Virus record (IMG/VR): IMGVR_UViG_3300045125_000065
Coordinates: 1 to 55,811 of that record
Direction: 5' to 3' (one strand)
Origin: a virus
Lineage: Duplodnaviria > Caudoviricetes
DNA length: 55,811 nt
Within the stretch, counting starts at the first letter, position 1. Every line of letters starts with the position of its first letter. The notes under the pieces are model-generated. The model saw nothing but the letters and a program-made list of their open reading frames with translations. It was not told the DNA's origin and did not search any database. A program made the position numbers and the translations under genes. Positions 1-7,300 of this stretch are shown piece after piece.

Positions 1-157
1 CATCCATATAGACCACCAGTCCCCTCTGCGGGATGATCTGATGTTTGTGCGCTTGTTGCAGCCACTTGGCGCGCCACAAATAGGCGATGCGCTTCTCGAT
101 TGGAAGCGCGGCAAGGTGTTTTTGAACTTCGGGATCGCTGAAAGTTTCCGCGAGCAC
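1..157 (-). CDS. terL: Terminase large subunit, N-terminal part (continues across the window junction into 55811)
   Basis: GTG at 157 reads MLAETFSDPEVQKHLAALPIEKRIAYLWRAKWLQQAHKHQII and, after one frameshift, GDWWSIWM. This joins MLAGRGAGKTRTAAE (Walker A) at the other end of the window. Confidence 0.85.
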   Translation of the reverse strand, partial: MLAETFSDPEVQKHLAALPIEKRIAYLWRAKWLQQAHKHQIIPQRGLVVYMD

Positions 158-255
158 TATTCTTCGTCAGACTCTTCCGAATGATTTTGATAAAGATAAA
201 TGCAGACCACAGCGAGTAGGACAATCCCCGCAAGAATCAACGCCAAGTCACTCAT
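157..255 (-). CDS. 32-aa single-pass membrane protein between terS and terL
   Basis: MSDLALILAGIVLLAVVCIYLYQNHSEESDEE. Its ATG overlaps the terS stop and its TAG overlaps the terL GTG. Confidence 0.6.
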   Translation of the reverse strand: MSDLALILAGIVLLAVVCIYLYQNHSEESDEE

Positions 256-797
256 TCTTCAACCGCTTTCTTAAGCTCGGCGTTCTTCAGGATTGCATCG
301 AGCAACTTGCTTGCTTCGACTTCAGCCTCCACCCGAATCGGGCATGCTCGCATCGCCCGCGAGCGCTACACGGTCGCCGTACCGCTTCGGATTCCATTTC
401 GCCAGGAGCTTCAACCCGATCTCGGCGCGGGCCTTCTGCCATTGCACGAATCCGCTATCTACGCGCGCTCCGCCCTCTGAGAGGATCCGTTCCGGAGGGG
501 TGTTCATGTCTAGCCAGATTTGCTCGGCGATCGCTTCCTGCCCGATCTCGCGCGCCTTCGCGATTGCTGCGGAAAGACCGACTCCCTTATCCCCAGCAGC
601 ATCGTCCCGATACATCCAATCGTATACTGGTTGCGCCACTCTGGAAAGCCGTCTTGCCTGCATATCTCCCGCAATGGAATTCCCTCGGCGAGCATCTCGC
701 ACATTTGCCTTGCGATTTCTGGCGTGTATTTGCTTGGGCGCCCTGTTTTTTTCTTTTCAGGCTTTTCTGGAGCGTCTTCTTTCGGTTTGCGCGGCAT
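252..797 (-). CDS. terS: Terminase small subunit (Sf6 gp1-like), frameshifted
   Basis: ORF 510-797 (GRPSKYTPEIA...GIPLREIC, HTH) joins ORF 322-702 (VYDW...AKARE...LLAKWNPKRYGDR). It lies just upstream of terL. Confidence 0.88.
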
Positions 798-828
798 GTC
801 TTTATCTCTCGCTTGTTAAGCTGACGAA

Positions 829-1110
829 TTATTCAATGCGCGGGTGTGTTGCCCATCTATTTATTTCTTCTACTGCTTCGAGCAATTCTTCCGTGAACCG
901 ATCAACCTTGTCTTTATTCGGCGCGGGAAGCACGAGTTCTGCGCGGATGTCTCGGCATATCTTGCTCGCCAGCAGCGCGGCTTGCAGGGCTTCGCTTTGT
1001 TGCGGCTTGTCGTAAATAATCGACATTCCCTGACTGGTCATTTCCGCTTTTACGCCGTTTAGCTCAACCGTGATCTTTTCGCCGGGTTTCGGCTGAATGT
1101 GCTCAAACAA
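829..1110 (-). CDS. Hypothetical protein
   Basis: 93-aa ORF in the same orientation as its neighbours. The start may lie further upstream. Confidence 0.5.
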   Translation of the reverse strand: MFEHIQPKPGEKITVELNGVKAEMTSQGMSIIYDKPQQSEALQAALLASKICRDIRAELVLPAPNKDKVDRFTEELLEAVEEINRWATHPRIE

Positions 1111-1138
1111 CTGCGCGAAGTATTTTTCGTTGTTTCAT

Positions 1139-1209
1139 TGGATGAAGCGCGGATTCGAACCGGCAATACGATCTGGGCGTCGGGGTTTTCCTGATTAACC
1201 TATTCATCC
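1139..1209 (-). tRNA. tRNA-like element or pseudo-tRNA with shortened anticodon arm (identity undetermined)
   Basis: GGATGAA/TTCATCC 7-bp acceptor plus discriminator A; TA at positions 8-9; D arm GGTT-AATCAGGAA-AACC; T arm GCCGG-TTCGAAT-CCG(C)GC; anticodon arm only CGA-CGCCCAGA-TCG. Confidence 0.6.
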
Positions 1210-1395
1210 AAACGGGAGCCGGCGCAGTTTCTTGTGCGCGCGGGAGGCTACGACACAATTAACCGGGAGCCGCCGGCTTTCGTTTAGATGCGGGCTTCCC
1301 ACCCGCTCGCGTCCTTAGACGTGTGCCGGTTACGATTGTCCGGCGGCGCGCCAGCTTTCGCGCTTAGGCGCGACCCCTAGAAACGCCCGCGCCCG
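1210..1395 (-). ncRNA. Hairpin-rich non-coding region directly upstream of the tRNA-like element
   Basis: Successive stems GGCGCG/CGCGCC, GCCGG-ACAATCGTAA-CCGGC, GCGGG-TGGGAAG-CCCGC and AAACGAAAGCCGGC/GCCGGCTCCCGTTT. No long ORF. Confidence 0.45.
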
Positions 1396-1506
1396 ATTAA
1401 CACATCGCAAGCAACACAAAAGCAAGAATGAAACAGGTTCCTGCCAACCACTTCTCTCTAATCGTTTCAGATTTTACAACATGATAAGGCGACTTTTTCA
1501 TCATTT

Positions 1507-1740
1507 CTATAATTTCGTCACGGCGCATTCGTTTAACCTCCCGTTTTCTCCGAAATCGATATCCGGTACGTCCGCCCTCTCTACGTCCGTTATATCAATC
1601 CACTTTAAGCCTGAGCGCAACTGCCCGTCCTTGAACGTGTCGGATTGCACTTTGCCAATCGCCATGATGAGCGCTTGCGGATCGTTGAATTGCAAGCATC
1701 GCTTGATTCGCTGTGCTAGATAATCACATAGCATAGGCAT
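1507..1740 (-). CDS. Hypothetical protein
   Basis: 77-aa ORF overlapping the upstream ORF in an operon-like arrangement. Confidence 0.5.
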   Translation of the reverse strand: MPMLCDYLAQRIKRCLQFNDPQALIMAIGKVQSDTFKDGQLRSGLKWIDITDVERADVPDIDFGENGRLNECAVTKL

Positions 1741-2047
1741 AGTGCCCCCCGACCTGCATCAAGTAATGGCGCAGCGAAACAACCTCGTAATGATTGAGTC
1801 TCCAGCTTGGAACGCGCTCATCGAGCACAAAGCCATGAAGCGCCTGCGGGATGAAAATAAACTCAGCGTCGAATCGGCAGATGAACTGCCCCGCGTCCCC
1901 GTTTCTTGAAAGTCGCCGGTCGTAAAACTCAACGAGCGGCATGAGCTTGTTCACCGTCCCGTTGTTGCGGCCGTAACGATCGCCGATTGCAACATAACGA
2001 ACATTAAAATCACCAACCTTAACCATCATGATTCCTCCCAGATTCAT
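1724..2047 (-). CDS. Hypothetical phage protein
   Basis: 107-aa ORF with a GGAGG RBS before the internal MM start; GDRYG...LVEFYD pattern. Confidence 0.6.
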   Translation of the reverse strand: MNLGGIMMVKVGDFNVRYVAIGDRYGRNNGTVNKLMPLVEFYDRRLSRNGDAGQFICRFDAEFIFIPQALHGFVLDERVPSWRLNHYEVVSLRHYLMQVGGHYAYAM

Positions 2048-2052
2048 GCGTT

Positions 2053-2077
2053 AAAAGGCCCGGAATCTTCCGGGGTT
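2053..2077 (-). terminator. Intrinsic terminator
   Basis: Minus strand CCCGGAA-GA-TTCCGGG-CC-TTTT, after the 2089 ORF. Confidence 0.6.
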
Positions 2078-2088
2078 GCCCTCGCGGG

Positions 2089-2295
2089 CTATGCGATTCC
2101 CCAAGGACACCCATCCCTAGAGTTGCATTCGGTGATGACGTACCAGCTATCTCTAGTTGAGTACGGATCGGAGACTTGGATACTGCGCGGGCAGTCTGAA
2201 CAGCTTGCGGGCCGCGGGCCGGGGGCATCACATTTGCCCGATCCGGCGCGGTGGGGGAAGGCGTAGGCGGTACAGGTGCAAGGTTCTTTTTTCAT
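2089..2295 (-). CDS. Small Cys/His-rich, probably zinc-binding protein
   Basis: MKKEPCTCTAYAFPHRAGSGKC...CSDC...EC...GCPW. It starts directly after cassette leader 1. Confidence 0.6.
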   Translation of the reverse strand: MKKEPCTCTAYAFPHRAGSGKCDAPGPRPASCSDCPRSIQVSDPYSTRDSWYVITECNSRDGCPWGIA

Positions 2296-2363
2296 TTTGT
2301 TTCTTTCGCTGTCCTGCGACATTGCAGTGATTTAATTTTATGTTGCACTAGGCGCTGTGTCAA
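2296..2363 (-). promoter_or_regulatory. Cassette element 1: sigma70 promoter, hairpin and GACAGCGA leader
   Basis: TTGACA-17 nt-TAAAAT, then CA-CTGCA-ATGT-CGCAG-GACAGCGA-AAGAAACAAA-ATG. Confidence 0.85.
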
Positions 2364-2375
2364 TGCCCACTTCGC

Positions 2376-2401
2376 AAAAAATCCCGGCGCATGGCCGGGA
2401 C
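2376..2401 (-). terminator. Intrinsic terminator between cassettes
   Basis: Minus strand TCCCGGC-CATGC-GCCGGGA-TTTTTT, immediately after the 2407 ORF stop. Confidence 0.75.
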
Positions 2402-2406
2402 GTTCT

Positions 2407-2778
2407 TTACGCAGTGAGCTTGTAGGGCTTGTTCCACTTGCCGACGTTGATTTCGGTGTACCAACCCACATGGAAATAATCCGCCTGTGTGTCGCTTTCG
2501 TCGAAATTTCCAATGTTCATTGCTTCGCGCACCTTGAGCAGAAATTCTCGCGCGATGCCTTCGTGGTGATCCTTGATCCAATAGACATTGATGCTTACCG
2601 ATCCTGACCGCTGCGCGCTTTCATGGGCGTTCGCCAGGAAATCAATCGGACCTTCGGTGATGTTGAGGCAGAGCGTGCTGTGGTTGCGGACGGACAAGGT
2701 TGCCTTGATACCGTATTGCTTGCAGATCGCCTTGATCTGGGGGCGAGATGCGCTCTTTTCGCTGTTGATATAAGCCAT
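2407..2778 (-). CDS. Conserved phage early protein, possibly LPD29-like
   Basis: KYGIKATLSVRNHSTL...DESDTQADYFHVGWY...VGKWNKPY. The SD-x-x-x-DYF motif resembles the LPD29 family (from memory, not searched). Confidence 0.6.
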   Translation of the reverse strand: MAYINSEKSASRPQIKAICKQYGIKATLSVRNHSTLCLNITEGPIDFLANAHESAQRSGSVSINVYWIKDHHEGIAREFLLKVREAMNIGNFDESDTQADYFHVGWYTEINVGKWNKPYKLTA

Positions 2779-2851
2779 GATTTTTCCCTCTTTCGCTGTC
2801 CAGTCATGCGACTGTGTTTAAACTTTAACTTACATAACCCGGCCGTGTCAA
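2779..2851 (-). promoter_or_regulatory. Cassette element 2
   Basis: TTGACA-18 nt-TAAAGT, then CA-CAGTC-GCAT-GACTG-GACAGCGA-AAGAGGG...ATG. Confidence 0.8.
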
Positions 2852-2870
2852 GCCGGGCGTGCAGATTTAT

Positions 2871-3035
2871 TCAAAAACTTATTTTGATATTGTCGGGGTC
2901 TTGCGCATGCACAACGATCTCAATCACGCCTTGGTCGGCCGTATGGATGAGGATGCAGCGCCAGTTGATGTCGACAGACTCTAGAATCTCGCGGATTTCG
3001 ATGCGCACGACGTTTTGAATGTCGGTTGTGACCAT
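2871..3035 (-). CDS. 54-aa hypothetical protein (not in the ORF track)
   Basis: MVTTDIQNVVRIEIREILESVDINWRCILIHTADQGVIEIVVHAQDPDNIKISF, preceded by a GAGGAG RBS in leader 3. Confidence 0.65.
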   Translation of the reverse strand: MVTTDIQNVVRIEIREILESVDINWRCILIHTADQGVIEIVVHAQDPDNIKISF

Positions 3036-3105
3036 GATTTTTGCTCCTCGCTGTCCTGCAACATTGCAGTGATTTAATTTTGTATTAACTTTTAATGCCT
3101 GTCAA
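3036..3105 (-). promoter_or_regulatory. Cassette element 3
   Basis: TTGACA-17 nt-CAAAAT, then CA-CTGCA-ATGT-TGCAG-GACAGCGA-GGAG...ATG. Confidence 0.8.
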
Positions 3106-3316
3106 TGCTTTTTTGCAGCCCCAACACCATGTCAAGCGCAGTCTCCGTTGGCGCGCTCATCACGTCTTTCTCGATCAGCCACCAAAAATTCACGGGCAAC
3201 CACTTTCCCTCTTTAAAGACCTCAACGCATCCGTTCCGTCGAATCCTGTACCGTTGGGCGCCCGCGATCTCTCGCAGCTTTTCTCGCAACGCGCGTTTTC
3301 TTTGCTCAGCGTTCAT
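3092..3316 (-). CDS. Hypothetical protein
   Basis: 74-aa ORF, translationally coupled to 3313-3528. Confidence 0.55.
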   Translation of the reverse strand: MNAEQRKRALREKLREIAGAQRYRIRRNGCVEVFKEGKWLPVNFWWLIEKDVMSAPTETALDMVLGLQKSIDRH

Positions 3317-3528
3317 TGCGTAATACCCGAAGGCGGAATCGTGAAGGTTTCAGTGTGCCCGCTGCGGCTTTCCCAGGCGCGCAATTCAATGATTGGTTGG
3401 CCGCAGATGTCCAGCGCGCGTTCTGCCTCCATTGCCCACGCGCGCAGCTGCTCCGCATTTACTGGCGGCCGCTTCGAGTTCTCGCGCAACCAACGATTGA
3501 TAAGTGTCATGCCGCGTGCATTGACCAT
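3313..3528 (-). CDS. Hypothetical protein
   Basis: 71-aa ORF with an AAGGA RBS. Confidence 0.55.
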   Translation of the reverse strand: MVNARGMTLINRWLRENSKRPPVNAEQLRAWAMEAERALDICGQPIIELRAWESRSGHTETFTIPPSGITQ

Positions 3529-3542
3529 GATGTTTTCCTTTC

Positions 3543-3833
3543 TTAACGGCTCGTGACCTTGACCGAATAAACCGCCGCGGTTTTCGTGTGCGCGACGATG
3601 ATTGCTTCAGGAATCGACAGCTTCTTAGCTATCGACTTCCAGTCAATAGTCGAGCGGTTGCTTTCAATGTAAGTCGCGCGGAACTGCGCGCCGTCGAACT
3701 GCTTTTCGCCCGACAGGCTAGCCTGCTCTTTGATCGTGTTTTTGATTTCGTCGGCGCGCTTGGTGAGCGCGTCAATCTGGGCGAGGAGATCGCCAAGGGT
3801 GTCAATATCGGTGCGGGTGATGGTGGTGTTCAT
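3543..3833 (-). CDS. Conserved phage coiled-coil protein
   Basis: IDTLGDLLAQIDALTKRADEIK...IDWKSIA. First gene after leader 4. Confidence 0.7.
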   Translation of the reverse strand: MNTTITRTDIDTLGDLLAQIDALTKRADEIKNTIKEQASLSGEKQFDGAQFRATYIESNRSTIDWKSIAKKLSIPEAIIVAHTKTAAVYSVKVTSR

Positions 3834-3905
3834 AATCTTGCCTCGTTCGCTGTCCGGTCAAGTGACCGTGTTCAAATAATAAGTTACACGAACGAGGCGC
3901 GTCAA
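3834..3905 (-). promoter_or_regulatory. Cassette element 4
   Basis: TTGACG-18 nt-TATTAT, then CA-CGGTC-ACTT-GACCG-GACAGCGA-ACGAGG...ATG. Confidence 0.8.
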
Positions 3906-3912
3906 GTTGTTT

Positions 3913-4200
3913 TTAATCGTTCCTCTTTAAGCGCTGCTTCACCTCTTCGAGCAATTCAAGCTCGCTCGTGCCCCAGAGTTTTGCGAAGCCCTTCGTGCCT
4001 AAACCATGTACGCCCGTATTGCCTCGGTGGTGCTCGGGGCATAGGGGGAGCGTGTCGTAATGGCTCGCGCGCCTTGCTGCGCCCGTTCCCGCGCGGATGT
4101 GGTGCACTTCAGCCGGCGTTCCTGAAAACCCCATTCGCTCACAGATGATGCAGCCGAGCTCGGCTACTCTCGACAGGTATCGGCGCTCATCTTTTGTCAA
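3913..4200 (-). CDS. Ref-like (recombination enhancement) HNH-type nuclease
   Basis: GCIIC...AEVHHIR...TLPLCPEHHRG..GVH...WGTSELELL pattern. Confidence 0.8.
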   Translation of the reverse strand: MTKDERRYLSRVAELGCIICERMGFSGTPAEVHHIRAGTGAARRASHYDTLPLCPEHHRGNTGVHGLGTKGFAKLWGTSELELLEEVKQRLKRND

Positions 4201-4525
4201 AAGCGTCCCCAAACCCTCTCGCGATGCGGTCGATTTCAATGTTATTTTGGCGGCTCACCCAAGGCAGCGTTACGCCCACCAATTTTCTAAACTCCTCAAC
4301 GCTTCCCGGCTCGTTATTCATTCCGGCCATAATTTGCTTAGCCTTACGGGCCACCGTTGCAATATCGGCGTCCCCTTTTCGCTCGGCCAAGGTTTCGGCT
4401 AGCCGCAAATGCGCGCCCAGATCGGCCAGGTGTTCCGGCTGCAGCCACTCCTGATCAAGCGCAAGCAGGGCAATGTGCCCTGGCAATTCGAGATAATTCA
4501 AGCGCTTCATGCCCAACGGCAGCAC
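4187..4525 (-). CDS. Hypothetical protein
   Basis: 112-aa ORF within the operon. The start may be frameshifted. Confidence 0.5.
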   Translation of the reverse strand: MLPLGMKRLNYLELPGHIALLALDQEWLQPEHLADLGAHLRLAETLAERKGDADIATVARKAKQIMAGMNNEPGSVEEFRKLVGVTLPWVSRQNNIEIDRIARGFGDAFDKR

Positions 4526-4701
4526 AATCGGCCGTGGAATTCTTTTTTCTGAGACACTTTTTCGGTTTTTATTTATAAAAAGTCATCAAAATGATCGCAA
4601 TTAACGCTGCCGCCAACGCGCCGACGATTACGCCATAGATAAAGCCGGCCCCCAGCCCTCCTGGTAGCCTTCCTCCAGCACAGTCTCGAATTCATCAGGA
4701 C

Positions 4702-5028
4702 TCATATCGTTGATTTCCCTTCCGCTCTGTTCGTGGCCTCCCGGCTGCGCCACACCTCGATTCTGGCTTGCGCCGCCACCAGCCCCCACCTAATTTCTTC
4801 TTCAATCAAAACCGCTTCTTTCAGCCCCGCCAGCAACTTTAAGTATTCCGGGTCGCTGTAAGCCTCCCGCTCCTGGGCATTTACAGCGTTTTCCATGCTG
4901 CGCTTCATCAGGATTGCCTTCAGGCTCTTGCGGTACTCCTCCAGGTAGATTCGCTCTGCCTTAGCCTGGGCGTATCGTTTGCCGTGCTTGAAAATGTATT
5001 CAATCGCGGCTTCAGGGTTATCCGTCAA
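4702..5028 (-). CDS. Conserved phage helical protein
   Basis: AQAKAERIYLEEYRKS...AQEREAYSDPEY...IEVWRS. Confidence 0.7.
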   Translation of the reverse strand: MTDNPEAAIEYIFKHGKRYAQAKAERIYLEEYRKSLKAILMKRSMENAVNAQEREAYSDPEYLKLLAGLKEAVLIEEEIRWGLVAAQARIEVWRSREATNRAEGKSTI

Positions 5029-5249
5029 TGTCTATTCCCCGCGATGTAGTCTTTCGTAATCATGATTGAAATTTCATGGTCAAGATCAAGCGGAATCACC
5101 AAAGTCTCTCCGCTTCGTTCGCCCGCAAAACAATGTCGCTCGGTCAAATCAATCATGGATTTTGCCCCGTCCAGCAAAGACTCCAGCGCCTGGCGGGCTT
5201 CCAGTTGGTCATTCTCGTCCGTCAAATTCATGTTTTCGTGTTCAATCAT
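5025..5249 (-). CDS. Hypothetical protein
   Basis: 74-aa ORF coupled to both neighbours by 4-nt overlaps. Confidence 0.6.
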   Translation of the reverse strand: MIEHENMNLTDENDQLEARQALESLLDGAKSMIDLTERHCFAGERSGETLVIPLDLDHEISIMITKDYIAGNRH

Positions 5250-5587
5250 GCTTGCCTCACCTTAACTTTCAGAACACCGCCCTTCTGCTCCGCCCAATAA
5301 ATACGCAAGTCCACAATCTGCGAATCGTCTTCCCACGTTTCTGCATGAGTCAAAGCATCAATTGAGGGCTTTAAAAGGTTATCGAGATCCCGCTTTCGGT
5401 TATCCGGGCGAAAAGCCTCAATCTCAACAGCAACTTTGCTCAAAATTTTCGGGGATGGATTTTTTGCCCGCTGCAACAGCACAAGCTTCCGGTACTCCCT
5501 GCCCGCTTTTGAAATGATGATTCGATTCCTGAAAACCCGGTAGTAAGTGTTGATCGTGGGCGGCCACGGCAACTCGAATTCAATCAT
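5246..5587 (-). CDS. rusA: RusA Holliday junction resolvase
   Basis: LPWPPTINTYYR...RKRDLDNLLK...DAL...DDSQIV. Confidence 0.93.
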   Translation of the reverse strand: MIEFELPWPPTINTYYRVFRNRIIISKAGREYRKLVLLQRAKNPSPKILSKVAVEIEAFRPDNRKRDLDNLLKPSIDALTHAETWEDDSQIVDLRIYWAEQKGGVLKVKVRQA

Positions 5588-5805
5588 CGCCAGTCATCCT
5601 TATCGCCGCGGTTTCCTTTGGCCCACTGATCTTTCGCGTCAGCCTCAAGCGTGCTTTCCGGGTGTAGCTGGTTCCACCCGCGTACCCACTGCCCTTTTGA
5701 GTCGGTGTATCCCTTCAGCCATTCAAACGCCCTCTGCCTGTTTTCCGCCCGCATCTTAAGCAGCCATCTCACCAGGCACTGATGGCGATAGTCTTCATCT
5801 TTCAA
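5584..5805 (-). CDS. Hypothetical phage protein
   Basis: YRHQCLVRWLL...DQWAKGNRG..DWR, coupled to the helicase. Confidence 0.7.
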   Translation of the reverse strand: MKDEDYRHQCLVRWLLKMRAENRQRAFEWLKGYTDSKGQWVRGWNQLHPESTLEADAKDQWAKGNRGDKDDWR

Positions 5806-6788
5806 AAATCACCCAAGTCGTCAAAAGCCATCGGAACACCGAAAGAACTTTCCAGAAACTGTTGTGATGCTGTGTGATACCAAAGCGTAATGGATTCTTC
5901 CGCCTCCCCATTTCGCTGTTTCTCGCAGGACAAAATCGCGTCAGGGTGCGTATCGTCAGGGATCGCGGCCTTCTCCTTTTTCTTGTTTCTCCACATCAAC
6001 AAAACATTATCAACCTGATCCGTGATCGCGCCCGAGCCCTTGATGTCGTGTTTATTCGGCTGTATTTCCTCGCTGCCGAGCTTACGGATGTGATGAACCA
6101 GGTGGATGTGAATGTTGTGATCGCGCGCCAAAGCCGTGAGCTCATCCACAAAATACTTCTGAGCGTTGTAATCGTCTTCAGCCGGCACGCATTTCATCAA
6201 GCTATCAATGAACACATGCTGGATGCCCAACTCCACCGCACAATAGCGCGCCATCGCTATCACTTCCCGCGAAGATGTGCTCCCCTGCTGGTCGTAAAAC
6301 CACAGCCGGTTGCGGGAAAAGTAGTGCATCCGATCCAAAACCTTATTGATGAACGCTGCGCGATCGCTAAACATCACCGCATCAATGTTTTCGCCCGCAA
6401 ACTGCCTCAACATTCGATATAGAGAACGCTTCGGCTTCATCTCAAAGCTGGCAATGCAGACCCGCTGATCCTGCCTGACCAGCGCTAAAGCAATCTGCCC
6501 CGTCACTAAAGACTTGCCCCCGCCGTTTGAGCCGGCGTAAAGCGTGACTTCACCAAGACGGAAGCGAAAATGCCCGTGCGTCTTCTCCCAAGGCAATGTT
6601 GTGCTGAGGTCTTTTGTGGGCGGCGCTATCAGGTCTCGCCGCAACTCCTCAATCCAGACATTTGCTTCATGAACCTTGTGCGTGACATCGTGCGCTTTCA
6701 GATATTTTTCGGTATCAATGTCCTCGGATTTGAGAATGCGAACCCGTCGGGCTTCGTCTAACTGCTTCGCGCGTTCCTCAACCAGCAT
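5802..6788 (-). CDS. SF4 (DnaB/T7 gp4-like) replicative helicase
   Basis: Walker A AGSNGGGKS, SFEM, VFIDSL, LVHHIRK, IKGSGAITDQVDNV, EKQRNG. Confidence 0.92.
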   Translation of the reverse strand: MLVEERAKQLDEARRVRILKSEDIDTEKYLKAHDVTHKVHEANVWIEELRRDLIAPPTKDLSTTLPWEKTHGHFRFRLGEVTLYAGSNGGGKSLVTGQIALALVRQDQRVCIASFEMKPKRSLYRMLRQFAGENIDAVMFSDRAAFINKVLDRMHYFSRNRLWFYDQQGSTSSREVIAMARYCAVELGIQHVFIDSLMKCVPAEDDYNAQKYFVDELTALARDHNIHIHLVHHIRKLGSEEIQPNKHDIKGSGAITDQVDNVLLMWRNKKKEKAAIPDDTHPDAILSCEKQRNGEAEESITLWYHTASQQFLESSFGVPMAFDDLGDF

Positions 6789-7212
6789 TGGCGTACCTCA
6801 CGGCCTCATCAATACGCTCAAATGCGGTCTTTACTCGCGCCCGCGTTTCTTCCGAAGGCATCCGGCCCTTATCAATGTCCAAGGCCGTGATGAGAACAAC
6901 AAGCGCCTCAAAATGGATAATCCGCATCAGGTCTGACGCGAAAAACGCAGGCTTGACGGACCGCATGGGCCGATCCTGCGCCAACGGCTCAGGAAACAGG
7001 TCGTGAATCGTTAGCCCTAAAGCCGTCAGGACTTCCTCTGACGAACACCCCGCGAAGCAATGCAACAGGATGCGCCCATCCTCAAGCATCTTGATCGCCA
7101 GTGACGGCGTTTTATCACCATGAGCAGGACAGCACGCCGTCCAGGTGTTACTGCCTCGGCCCCTCACTTTGAGGAGCTTCCCGAGCAAAACCTCTAACTT
7201 CGACATCGTCAC
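6778..7212 (-). CDS. Stand-alone CHC2 primase zinc-finger protein
   Basis: ACCPAHGDKTPSL...LLHCFAGC, with no TOPRIM domain. Confidence 0.85.
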   Translation of the reverse strand: MTMSKLEVLLGKLLKVRGRGSNTWTACCPAHGDKTPSLAIKMLEDGRILLHCFAGCSSEEVLTALGLTIHDLFPEPLAQDRPMRSVKPAFFASDLMRIIHFEALVVLITALDIDKGRMPSEETRARVKTAFERIDEAVRYANAG

Positions 7213-7300
7213 TTCCCTTTTAGGTGCCCGGAAACGAGCTTTATAGCGCCTGTACAGCGTTTTTTTGGGGATGCCTATGCCTACCCATAGGGGAGGCTTT

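Noticed and set aside
293-1015. Long plus-strand ORFs here and opposite other genes (e.g. 45258-46064, 51403-52188)
   Set aside because: They are antisense shadows of recognisable minus-strand genes and have no motifs of their own.
2296-3905. CRISPR array or integron attC sites
   Set aside because: Spacing is irregular and gene-sized, the repeats contain promoters and SDs, and there are no cas genes, integrase or GTTRRRY cores.
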